Part shown: positions 27,152 through 33,827 of the stretch, piece by piece
Layout: each line of letters begins with the position of its first letter
How positions within the stretch are numbered: position 1 is the first letter of the stretch
IMG/VR virus record: IMGVR_UViG_3300020185_000150
Span: 1 to 33,827 of that record
From: a virus
Taxonomy: Duplodnaviria; Caudoviricetes
Reading direction: 5' to 3' (one strand)
Length of the DNA stretch: 33,827 nucleotides
The notes under the pieces: generated by a model
Databases searched by the model: none
What the model saw: only the letters and a program-made list of their open reading frames with translations
What the model was told of the DNA's origin: nothing
Program-made: the position numbers and the translations under genes

Positions 27152-27367
27152 TCATTCTCCTGCAAGTTTTTTACGTCGTTGGATTTCACGGTTGATGTAC
27201 CAGATTGCCTTTTCCAAATCTTCAATAGCGTCGTGCTTCAGGTCTGCGCGCCACAGATATTTGATCGCATTGCCGATGCAAAAATTGAGGTGTTCCGTCA
27301 CCTCGATGCACTCAATGTGACTGGGGTGAGCCATGTAGTGCGCTGGGTTGTTTACTGGGTCGTGCAT
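27152..27367 (-). CDS. DUF3310 / SaV-like protein (related to T7 gp1.7 nucleotide kinase)
   Basis: DPVNNPAHY...IECIE...GNAIKYLWRA..K....EDLEKAIWYI signature. Confidence 0.85.
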   Translation of the reverse strand: MHDPVNNPAHYMAHPSHIECIEVTEHLNFCIGNAIKYLWRADLKHDAIEDLEKAIWYINREIQRRKKLAGE

Positions 27368-27540
27368 CAATCCGTGCCTCCAAAATTTTCCTTGTTCAAG
27401 TCGTTGCGCTGGATGTCCTCAATCGCTTGGTGAGCGTTGTACATCAGGCTGTTCAGCCACATGATGGCCTCAATCTCTGTGTCGGGCTGTTGCCGCACCA
27501 GTGCGTTTAGGTCTGCCATAAAATTATTCCAAGTTTGCAC
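27367..27540 (-). CDS. 57-aa hypothetical protein, first gene of the leftward operon
   Basis: AGGAG SD, GTG 27540, MQTWNNFMADLNALVRQQPDTEIEAIMW...; TGATG coupling to the DUF3310 gene. Not in the ORF track. Confidence 0.65.
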   Translation of the reverse strand: MQTWNNFMADLNALVRQQPDTEIEAIMWLNSLMYNAHQAIEDIQRNDLNKENFGGTD

Positions 27541-27562
27541 AATCGTCTCCTATGTTGGCTCA

Positions 27563-27644
27563 ACTATGACCCACAAAATTATTTTTGTAAATTAGGGTAA
27601 ACCCCTATTATATTTGTGTTTTTTTTGAGTTATAATAAACACAT
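27563..27644. promoter_or_regulatory. Divergent promoter region with central palindrome
   Basis: Leftward TTTACA (27591-27586), 17 nt, CATAGT (27568-27563); palindrome TAGGG-TAAAC-CCCTA (27593-27607); rightward TATAAT (27631-27636). Confidence 0.7.
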
Positions 27645-27689
27645 GGCACAACAAAACGTAGTGTCATATTTAACTAAAAGGGGAACAAC

Positions 27690-27956
27690 ATGAGAACAAT
27701 TATCAAAGCGGCGTTTGACATTCATGAGTTGTACGCGACGTTGGAGGGCATATCTGCCGACGACGGCAAAGAAATTGAAGACTACACCGATGCCGAAATC
27801 GTGCATGAGGCCGAGTACGTTTTGTCCACGTTCCATGAGGCTGGACACATTAACGGCGACGCTTTATCGGGTGAAGTGGAGGATGGGCCTTATGACCAGA
27901 AGTGGGCGCGAGGCGAAGTTCGCAAACTCAATGCGCTGATTAAGAAATTCAAATAA
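27690..27956 (+). CDS. Acidic early protein (88 aa)
   Basis: AAGGGGA SD; first gene after the rightward TATAAT; D/E rich. Confidence 0.7.
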   Translation: MRTIIKAAFDIHELYATLEGISADDGKEIEDYTDAEIVHEAEYVLSTFHEAGHINGDALSGEVEDGPYDQKWARGEVRKLNALIKKFK

Positions 27957-27976
27957 CCAACGGGGCGAAAGCCCCA
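27957..27976 (+). repeat. GNRA hairpin element, copy 1 (CCAACGGGGCGAAAGCCCCA)
   Basis: Identical 20-mer at 29850-29869; stem GGGGC-GAAA-GCCCC with no substantial U tract. Confidence 0.85.
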
Positions 27977-27992
27977 TTTAAGGAGAAACCGC

Positions 27993-28280
27993 ATGAACAA
28001 GATTCAAGAACTAGCCGCCAAGCGCATGGAAGACGTGCTGGCTAAGTGGCGCACCGACACAGGCGATGCCGCAATGGTCGAGATGTACTTAGACACAGGG
28101 CGCAAGCCCAACGGGTACACAGACGACTCTGCTGGCAAGCTGGCGCGTATCTTTGATCTCAACGGTCGCCTGACATCCGCACAGGTAGCAAACGTGCGTA
28201 ACGCGATGGTGAAGATGGCTCAGGAACCAGCGCCAGAAGAGAAACCAAAAAGAAAATACACGCGCCGACTCGCGTCGTGA
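27993..28280 (+). CDS. Hypothetical early protein (95 aa) with basic KPKRKYTRR tail
   Basis: TAAGGAG SD. Confidence 0.7.
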   Translation: MNKIQELAAKRMEDVLAKWRTDTGDAAMVEMYLDTGRKPNGYTDDSAGKLARIFDLNGRLTSAQVANVRNAMVKMAQEPAPEEKPKRKYTRRLAS

Positions 28281-28316
28281 TACTGTGTTACATTTGAGTA
28301 AAAGGGAAATTTAAAA

Positions 28317-28532
28317 ATGACGGAGCATTTTAAAAACATCTACACGCTCAACACCAAGGGTGAGCGCAAGCTGGCTGATCTGATCGGCCAGAACAAGAAC
28401 GAAGTCTACATTGACCACGTTATGGACTTGGAAAATGCGAAAGACCACGACGAACCAGCAATGGTTCTTTATGGGGAGCGAGTCGTTTTTTTTGACGACT
28501 CTGATTTTGACGTGGCCATCGCCACAAAATAA
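28317..28532 (+). CDS. Hypothetical early protein (71 aa), acidic C-terminus
   Basis: AAGGGA SD-like sequence; fits the operon. Confidence 0.65.
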   Translation: MTEHFKNIYTLNTKGERKLADLIGQNKNEVYIDHVMDLENAKDHDEPAMVLYGERVVFFDDSDFDVAIATK

Positions 28533-28544
28533 AAGGAGGTTAGC

Positions 28545-29144
28545 ATGAGCATTGAAACACTAATTAAAACCAACGTAAACGACCACGTTGAAAAGAAAAA
28601 CGGTCTGTCGTACTTGTCATGGGCGTGGGCTTGGGCAGAGGCTCTAAAGGCTGATCCCAAGGCTACGTTCAAGGTCGAGATGTTCGGCGATAAGTGCTAC
28701 ATGGACATCAACGGCACTGCTATGGTTTGGGTCACGGTCACAATGTTTGACAAGCCCATGTGTTGCCAGTTGCCCGTGATGGATTTCCGAAACAAAGCCA
28801 TACCAAACCCAGACGCCTTTGCCGTCAACACGGCCATCATGCGCTGTATGACCAAGGCTCTGTCTTTGCACGGTCTCGGTCTGTACATCTACGCCGGAGA
28901 TGACTTGCCTGAACAGCCAAAGAAGATCGTCACGACACCAAACCAAGGTGCTCAAGACAACGTCTCAGAGCAGGACATGGAAGAACTGCGAGACCTTGCT
29001 GACCTGCTAAACGAAATGGTAATTGGCGAACCAAGCGCGGCCAAAGAATTGGTTACAAACCAAAACCTTGACGAACCACAAAAGCTGGCGCTGTGGACGT
29101 TGCTGAACTCAAAAACCCGCGCCGCATTAAAGAAAAAGGACTGA
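28545..29144 (+). CDS. DUF1071 / Sak3-like single-strand annealing protein (Rad52 fold)
   Basis: EKKNGLSYLSWAWAW, LPVMD, VNTAIMRCMTKA...GLGLYIYAGDDLP; AAGGAGG SD. Confidence 0.85.
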   Translation: MSIETLIKTNVNDHVEKKNGLSYLSWAWAWAEALKADPKATFKVEMFGDKCYMDINGTAMVWVTVTMFDKPMCCQLPVMDFRNKAIPNPDAFAVNTAIMRCMTKALSLHGLGLYIYAGDDLPEQPKKIVTTPNQGAQDNVSEQDMEELRDLADLLNEMVIGEPSAAKELVTNQNLDEPQKLALWTLLNSKTRAALKKKD

Positions 29145-29146
29145 AG

Positions 29147-29404
29147 ATGGAATACGACAACACCAACCGTGGCGTTATGTTTAAAAACGACCGCAAAGAA
29201 AAAGAGACGCACCCCGACCTAAAAGGTTCGATCAACATCGATGGCAAGGAGTTTTGGCTGTCTGGCTGGTCTAGGGTGACAGGCAAAGGCGACAAGATGT
29301 TGAGCCTGTCTGTAACGCCAAAAGAGTCGCAGGGTAAGGCTATGCCTGCCCAAGCCAAACAAACCGCGTCAGCGCCAGAAATTGACGACGATATGCCGTT
29401 TTAA
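29147..29404 (+). CDS. Small ssDNA-binding protein (DUF736-like)
   Basis: FKNDRK...HPDLKG...WLSGW...LSLSV with acidic SSB-type tail DDDMPF; follows the annealase. Confidence 0.75.
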   Translation: MEYDNTNRGVMFKNDRKEKETHPDLKGSINIDGKEFWLSGWSRVTGKGDKMLSLSVTPKESQGKAMPAQAKQTASAPEIDDDMPF

Positions 29405-29413
29405 GGGGACAAG

Positions 29414-29557
29414 ATGGAAAAGAAAGAACAAACCAGCAAGTTCATCACAATGCGCGTCCCGATGGCGTTGTATGAGCAAATCAAGGCGCAGTCAGTAGCT
29501 GAGTCTCGGTCTGTCTCTGGTCAGATCGCATATTTGCTAAAAAAGCTATTAGGGTAA
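29414..29557 (+). CDS. Arc/ribbon-helix-helix DNA-binding protein (47 aa)
   Basis: Hand translation MEKKEQTSKFITMRVPMALYEQIKAQSVAESRSVSGQIAYLLKKLLG; AAGGGGA SD. Not in the ORF track. Confidence 0.8.
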   Translation: MEKKEQTSKFITMRVPMALYEQIKAQSVAESRSVSGQIAYLLKKLLG

Positions 29558-29621
29558 ACACCTAGAAAATAATTGGAAAAACCTCTTGTGTTGTGTTGTG
29601 GTGTGGGTATAATAAACACAT
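29550..29621 (+). promoter_or_regulatory. Second early promoter with palindrome copy
   Basis: TAGGGTAAACACCTA (29550-29564); TTGTGT, 16 nt, TATAAT (29608-29613); TATAATAAACACAT identical to 27631-27644. Confidence 0.7.
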
Positions 29622-29644
29622 CGCAACACAAAAGGAGAACCACA

Positions 29645-29848
29645 ATGGAAAACAACGGCACATTTGGGAAGATAGTAAAAATGGATGCCAACGGCAATGA
29701 GCAAGTTGTCGCCATCCTCAATGAGCAGGACTACTACGAATTGGAGAGAGCATTGCAGTGGCCAGAAGACTTGCCCAAGTGGGATCGATTTAATACACCC
29801 ATTGAGGCTGGTCTTGGAAAAAACGGGCTGGTATTTCTGAATCTGTAA
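29645..29848 (+). CDS. Hypothetical early protein (67 aa, MENNGTFGKIV...)
   Basis: AAGGAG SD before ATG 29645. Confidence 0.7.
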   Translation: MENNGTFGKIVKMDANGNEQVVAILNEQDYYELERALQWPEDLPKWDRFNTPIEAGLGKNGLVFLNL

Positions 29849-29849
29849 C

Positions 29850-29869
29850 CCAACGGGGCGAAAGCCCCA
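29850..29869 (+). repeat. GNRA hairpin element, copy 2
   Basis: Identical to 27957-27976, again between a TAA stop and a TAAGGAGA SD. Confidence 0.85.
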
Positions 29870-29884
29870 ACTAAGGAGATTGAA

Positions 29885-30079
29885 ATGCAAGACACAATTC
29901 TGGTACGCCAGCACCCACAAGCAAGCGACATGGTGGAGTTATATTCGGTTCGCAAGACAGCGCGAGGTGAAGACTTTTTGCTGTGGGGAGCCGTTCACGC
30001 TGATATGCTAGACGGCCTTGGATTTGACTACCACTCAGAAGACCTAGCTGACTTCGAGTTGGCGCTGGTGGCAAAATGA
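29885..30079 (+). CDS. Hypothetical acidic early protein (64 aa)
   Basis: TAAGGAG SD. Confidence 0.7.
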   Translation: MQDTILVRQHPQASDMVELYSVRKTARGEDFLLWGAVHADMLDGLGFDYHSEDLADFELALVAK

Positions 30080-30237
30080 TCGGGTACAACACAGGCAGGG
30101 TGGTGATCGGATGCCGCTGGGAGCCGTTTAAACGGTCTCACATGGACGATCTAGGCATCTGGTGGCAGACAGTATTGCTAAGACAAAAAGAATCGCGCTG
30201 GGAGCGTTTTAAGAAGTTTTTTAAAGGGGATATGTAA
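30076..30237 (+). CDS. 53-aa hypothetical protein (MIGYNTGRVVIGCRWEP...)
   Basis: Hand translation; ATGA and TAATG coupling on both sides. Not in the ORF track. Confidence 0.65.
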   Translation: MIGYNTGRVVIGCRWEPFKRSHMDDLGIWWQTVLLRQKESRWERFKKFFKGDM

Positions 30238-30518
30238 TGACAGTAGAACAAGCCGCAGAAGAATTGTTGGAGACTCTTGAGTCAATGTACATGAACGACT
30301 TTGGTGGATACCAGTGTAATGCTGGCGAGGCCAAAGACATCGATGCCGCCAGAGAGCGATTAGAGCAGGCGTTGAGCAATCAAGCGTCCAGCAAGCCAAC
30401 GTTCAACGAATTAACGCGAGGCGAGGTAATCTCAATGGAGTTGCCAGCAGACGCATCAGTAGTTGATTTAGCGTGGGCAATCGAGGCCAAGGTCAAGGAG
30501 AAAAACCAATGGATCTAA
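30237..30518 (+). CDS. Hypothetical protein (93 aa) ending AIEAKVKEKN
   Basis: Coupled start; AAGGGGA SD. Confidence 0.7.
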   Translation: MTVEQAAEELLETLESMYMNDFGGYQCNAGEAKDIDAARERLEQALSNQASSKPTFNELTRGEVISMELPADASVVDLAWAIEAKVKEKNQWI

Positions 30519-30703
30519 GAAAGCAAATTGAGGTTGCTCAGTCGCAGTCGTTTTCAAAAATGACCGGGGTTTACCTTTGCCCAGAACTAGAGATGCCCGC
30601 AGTTCGCCCAGGTGCTGATGACCACAACCAGCATCCAAGCCGTCGAAACAACAGCTTGGTGTACAAGAGTGGTCATGTTGATTCAGTTAAGCCCAAAGGA
30701 TAG
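30509..30703 (+). CDS. Hypothetical protein with YxCPEL...RPGAxD...PSR motif
   Basis: AAGGAG SD before ATG 30509. Confidence 0.65.
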   Translation: MDLRKQIEVAQSQSFSKMTGVYLCPELEMPAVRPGADDHNQHPSRRNNSLVYKSGHVDSVKPKG

Positions 30704-31202
30704 CCATACAGCGTCCACAATGGGCGCTGACACGGTTGCTCTTTGCAAGATGCAGGGTTTTAGCCCAAGGCTGGAAAACGCATCACAGAGCCGCGAGGAG
30801 GCTAACGCGTTTGGCTACAAAGCCGAGTTTGCTGTGGCTCGACTATTCAACTGTGAGCCGCCAGTGCTGAACGTGCTAAGTGACGGCGGGATTGACTTGT
30901 GGATTGGCAACGTATCTGTTGATGTAAAGTTCACGAACAAAGAGTATGGATCTTTGATCTTTGACAACTTAGACAAGTTCAGGGCGCAGATAGCTATACT
31001 TGTTGGCCGCACAGACGACCCAGACGTAATGAGGGTCAATGGCTGGATGTCAAAGAAAAACTTTGCCACTAGATGTCAGTCCAAAAACTTTGGTTACGGT
31101 GATCGTTTGATTGTTGAATGGGACAACTTAAACAGCATCGAAAGCCTGTGGAAAATATTTGCAGAGTTAAAATTTGCACCAAACAAAAAGGTAAAAAAAT
31201 GA
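30675..31202 (+). CDS. PD-(D/E)XK-fold (restriction endonuclease-like) protein
   Basis: GYKAEFAV...DGGIDL...VDVKFT arrangement; probable start ATG 30675. Confidence 0.65.
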   Translation: MLIQLSPKDSHTASTMGADTVALCKMQGFSPRLENASQSREEANAFGYKAEFAVARLFNCEPPVLNVLSDGGIDLWIGNVSVDVKFTNKEYGSLIFDNLDKFRAQIAILVGRTDDPDVMRVNGWMSKKNFATRCQSKNFGYGDRLIVEWDNLNSIESLWKIFAELKFAPNKKVKK

Positions 31203-31501
31203 GTTACAGATATTACGAAATGAAAGCGATTGAGTGGGGAAATCAGCGGGGCATCACTCGACACAGCACGGGTCTGGCGCAAGCCAAGAAGACGCAAGAA
31301 GAACTGAACGAACTTATCGAGGCGTTGGAGGTTGGCGACAAGGACGCCCGTGACGACGCTTACGGCGACATACTGGTGACGCTGATTATGGGAGCGGCTT
31401 GCGAGGACACTGATCTTGTGGTGTGCTTGGAAAAGGCGTACAACGAAATCAAAGATCGCAAGGGTTGGCTGGATTCGTCAGGCACTTTTCACAAGCAATG
31501 A
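31199..31501 (+). CDS. MazG-like all-alpha NTP pyrophosphatase
   Basis: W...RGI...Q..K..EELNEL...DAYGDILVTLI...CLEKAYNEIKDRKG; ATGA coupling. Confidence 0.85.
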   Translation: MSYRYYEMKAIEWGNQRGITRHSTGLAQAKKTQEELNELIEALEVGDKDARDDAYGDILVTLIMGAACEDTDLVVCLEKAYNEIKDRKGWLDSSGTFHKQ

Positions 31502-31707
31502 AGTGCCCAGAATGCGGAGCATGGACAACCGTACTCGAATCAAGAATGCGCCAAGACAACACGCGGCGCAGGACTATTGAGTGCGGCAATATGCACAAAT
31601 TTACAACCGTGGAGCGCGTGGAGGTTGCCAAGCAAGGTGGCGTTAGAACTCGCTCACGTCAATCAACTCCCCCCGCCACTCAACACAATCATCCCCAAGA
31701 CTGCTGA
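31498..31707 (+). CDS. Zinc-ribbon protein resembling the NrdR N-terminus
   Basis: MKCPECG...VLESR...RRRTIECGNMHKFTTVE; ATGA coupling. Confidence 0.75.
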   Translation: MKCPECGAWTTVLESRMRQDNTRRRTIECGNMHKFTTVERVEVAKQGGVRTRSRQSTPPATQHNHPQDC

Positions 31708-32596
31708 CCATACATAACTCGGGCATCAGGAGGTGTCCGTCAACAATGTTTAGCACCGCGAAAGCCGACCGCCAATTGCGAGAATTGTTTTCGGCATACA
31801 TGAACTGGTCGCCAAATGGCTCAGAAAGCGTACCACAGTCAACCCCGTACCTAGTCCCTGTGTAGTCCGTCCAAGGCGTGACCTTGGCGCTGTGCAGGTG
31901 GCCAGTACAGAAACTCACACCACTTCCAACGGCATTGTTATGCGTGGCGTGTATTCCACCTTTCCATCGGTGCTTAACCATCACCGAGTCATTCAGCATA
32001 CAACTAACAACGTGTTGCCAATCAGGAAAGTGGTCTTCTAGCCGGAAGCCCTCGACACCTTGAAACTCTGGCGCTACGGTTGCCAGCCGAGTCGAAAATC
32101 TAGCATCGTGATTGCCTAGCGTCCATATCAATTTAGCGTCACCAGCGGCTTCTTGAATCTCGCCAAGAAACATCTTGCAGGCATTGAGTTCCTGAATAAT
32201 GGTCGGCGTTACATCCCAACCGTTAGCTGGATGCCTGCTTGCCTGCGCGCCGTCAAAGTTATCGCCATTTCCTATCACTACCTTGGGCTTGAGTTCACCA
32301 ATAAGCCACAGCAATGCTTTAAAGGCCGTGGTGCGCCGACCTAGTTGGAAGTGGGCGTCACTAAACACTATGACCGTGCCGTTCTCCATGCCAAGGTTGA
32401 TGTGCCCATACGCTTGCGCTACGGTGTTTTTATTGCTTGCCGCAACCAGCACGGTGTCGTATTTTGCTTCAATGTCGCGGCGACGGTGGTGGACGTTGCG
32501 CTCTGAAATCCCAGTGATCCGGGCTATCTTGGCGGCTGACTTGTGAGTCTTCCAAAGTTCAATGAACTCCTCATTACTAATCGTTCGCTTGTTCAC
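31643..32596 (-). CDS. HTH-fused calcineurin-like metallophosphoesterase
   Basis: SDAH, NGDNFD, LGNHD, H and TGHLH metal motifs; N-terminal HTH (SAAKIARITGISERNVHHR); probable GTG start 32596 overlapping the upstream stop. Confidence 0.85.
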   Translation of the reverse strand: MNKRTISNEEFIELWKTHKSAAKIARITGISERNVHHRRRDIEAKYDTVLVAASNKNTVAQAYGHINLGMENGTVIVFSDAHFQLGRRTTAFKALLWLIGELKPKVVIGNGDNFDGAQASRHPANGWDVTPTIIQELNACKMFLGEIQEAAGDAKLIWTLGNHDARFSTRLATVAPEFQGVEGFRLEDHFPDWQHVVSCMLNDSVMVKHRWKGGIHATHNNAVGSGVSFCTGHLHSAKVTPWTDYTGTRYGVDCGTLSEPFGDQFMYAENNSRNWRSAFAVLNIVDGHLLMPELCMVSSLGDDCVEWRGELIDVSEF

Positions 32597-32946
32597 TAAA
32601 AATCCTCTCTGTTGTTCACGCCCAGCTTTTCGCAGACCTCTTTTGCACAGGCCATGAAAAAGGCGTCGTGAGGCGTGTCTGTCAGACGTTTCTGCTTGTA
32701 CTGGTACAAGTGGATCATCTCGTGAGCCGTCGTCTCTAACAGGCTCTGAGCAGTCCACACTCGACCAGAACTAATCGTGATTGTGTTTGGGTCTTCAAAA
32801 CAACCAAACATAGCGATGTCGTTGCTGACTTGAGCGTCAATCTTGACTGGAAGTTTCCAATCACAAAACGGCTTCATGCCGCGCAACAATGTGTAGGCGG
32901 CTTCAATAGATCGCTTCGTTACGATCCTGTTTTCGTCCATGTTCAC
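32596..32946 (-). CDS. SprT-like zinc metallopeptidase
   Basis: HEMIH (HExxH) followed by PHDAFF. Confidence 0.75.
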   Translation of the reverse strand: MNMDENRIVTKRSIEAAYTLLRGMKPFCDWKLPVKIDAQVSNDIAMFGCFEDPNTITISSGRVWTAQSLLETTAHEMIHLYQYKQKRLTDTPHDAFFMACAKEVCEKLGVNNREDF

Positions 32947-33401
32947 TCAATGCCATTGACGTACTGAGTCCGGCCATTGACTTTCTTGGCAGTCAATACC
33001 TGACCTTTGTTTGCGTCCTTTTGGAATGAGCAATGCACCCAGCCTGAGTCGGGAACACCATCACGGTAGAACTCAAGGATCAACTGTTTGAACTTGAGGT
33101 TGTCGCGGATGTACAGCGCCAGTTCTCGGTTGTCCATTCCCAGCACTTCAAAGTCTGCGGCATAGCCATGACAGTGGTCGCTGGTCGTACTGCCACCAAT
33201 CTTTGTATTGACGGCAGGTGAGCGATAGCCGCTAGTGACAACAACAGGGCCAAACTTTTCTCGCAGTGGCTGTAAGACGTTGTCCACCAAGTCTTGCAAG
33301 TTATCGATGACCTGCAAGGATGGTGTGTTGTCAATGTCATGTCGAATGGCCGTGTCGCTTTTGGTCAACTCTTGGAGCGAAAAATTAGTTGATAGTTTCA
33401 T
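32943..33401 (-). CDS. Endolysin, peptidase M15A family
   Basis: LSTNFSLQEL, SGYRS, SDH..G.AAD, WVH zinc motifs. Confidence 0.9.
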   Translation of the reverse strand: MKLSTNFSLQELTKSDTAIRHDIDNTPSLQVIDNLQDLVDNVLQPLREKFGPVVVTSGYRSPAVNTKIGGSTTSDHCHGYAADFEVLGMDNRELALYIRDNLKFKQLILEFYRDGVPDSGWVHCSFQKDANKGQVLTAKKVNGRTQYVNGIE

Positions 33402-33592
33402 GCTGAATCTTTTGGTTTGATTTTAATGCAGGCGATTTGGTAAGCGCTGATGTTTGGCTTTAAACTCAACGCTTGCTTAACTTCCGCGTTCTGGCTTTCA
33501 CACTGCGCGACTGACACGGACAAAGTGCCAGAGTAAAACTCACACGCGCCGTTGGTTAAACAGACGAATAAAACAGGTAGCCAGACAGACAT
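33398..33592 (-). CDS. Small secreted/membrane Cys-containing protein in the lysis region
   Basis: Hydrophobic N-terminus, four Cys, ATGA coupling to the endolysin. Confidence 0.6.
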   Translation of the reverse strand: MSVWLPVLFVCLTNGACEFYSGTLSVSVAQCESQNAEVKQALSLKPNISAYQIACIKIKPKDSA

Positions 33593-33601
33593 AGCAGACC
33601 C

Positions 33602-33827
33602 TTACTTTGTTAAACCTTTTTGCTTTTCAAATGTACGCAGTCCACCAAGGCCAAGCATACCCATTAGGACGGTCATCAGGCTACTCATATCAAACTCTGG
33701 CAACGCTGGTATCTTAACGCCTGTAACCGCTACTCCAAAAAGTAAGACAGGCTGTAATATAAAGTGGTAAGCGAATGCCATGCCGCAAACCCAACCAATA
33801 AATGGACGCCAACCGCCTTTAAATATT
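33602..33827 (-). CDS. Holin (3TM, GTA-holin-like), 5' end outside the window
   Basis: Hand translation ...GGWRPFIGWVCGMAFAYHFILQP...MLGLGGLRTFEKQKGLTK-stop. Confidence 0.85.
   Translation of the reverse strand, partial: IFKGGWRPFIGWVCGMAFAYHFILQPVLLFGVAVTGVKIPALPEFDMSSLMTVLMGMLGLGGLRTFEKQKGLTK

Noticed and set aside
27957-27976. GGGGC-GAAA-GCCCC hairpins as rho-independent terminators
   Set aside because: Followed by ATTT or AACT and then an SD rather than a U tract; kept as a repeat element of unknown function.
27593-29869. Repeats as a CRISPR array or att sites
   Set aside because: Only two copies about 1.9 kb apart, no spacer periodicity, and no cas or integrase gene.
31498-31707. Calling the Zn-ribbon gene nrdR
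   Set aside because: It lacks the ATP-cone domain; only the N-terminal Zn ribbon is similar.
32597-32758. N-terminal 54 aa of the 371-aa ORF call
   Set aside because: Overlaps the SprT-like gene in another frame; GTG 32596 coupled to the upstream stop is the more plausible start.
1-33827. tRNA genes or stop-codon reassignment
   Set aside because: No cloverleaf recognised in the short intergenic gaps, and core genes are intact in the standard bacterial code with TAA, TAG and TGA all used as stops.

Overview
This 33.8 kb window looks like an almost complete genome of a short-tailed dsDNA bacteriophage with a P22-like head and tail. The gene families suggest an aquatic proteobacterial host, possibly Burkholderiales (inference). 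Most of the minus strand runs leftward from about 27540 to 1. It carries a DUF3310 gene, a lambda O-like replication initiator with internal iteron-like repeats, ninB/ninG, a 959-aa polyvalent protein with an ADP-ribosyltransferase-like domain, terS/terL, a cluster of tiny Lys-rich ORFs, adaptor and tail genes, four ejection-type proteins, then portal-scaffold-major capsid and tail fibre genes. A plus-strand early region (27690-31707) holds Sak3-like and SSB-like recombination genes, an unannotated Arc-like repressor, a PD-(D/E)XK protein, a MazG-like protein and a Zn-ribbon protein. A minus-strand lysis region at the right end holds a holin, an M15 endolysin, a SprT-like protease and an HTH-metallophosphoesterase. 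No integrase, CI-type repressor, DNA polymerase, helicase, tRNA or CRISPR array was recognised. The most interesting signals are: (1) a short (G/T)LL(D) motif near the termini of the putative internal virion proteins, a candidate cargo tag; (2) the separately promoted ART-like polyvalent protein; (3) a duplicated palindrome/promoter/gene/GNRA-hairpin cassette with an Arc-like regulator; (4) a three-way-junction RNA upstream of the replication gene; (5) a permuted head/tail gene order. All family assignments come from motif recognition by eye, not database searches.
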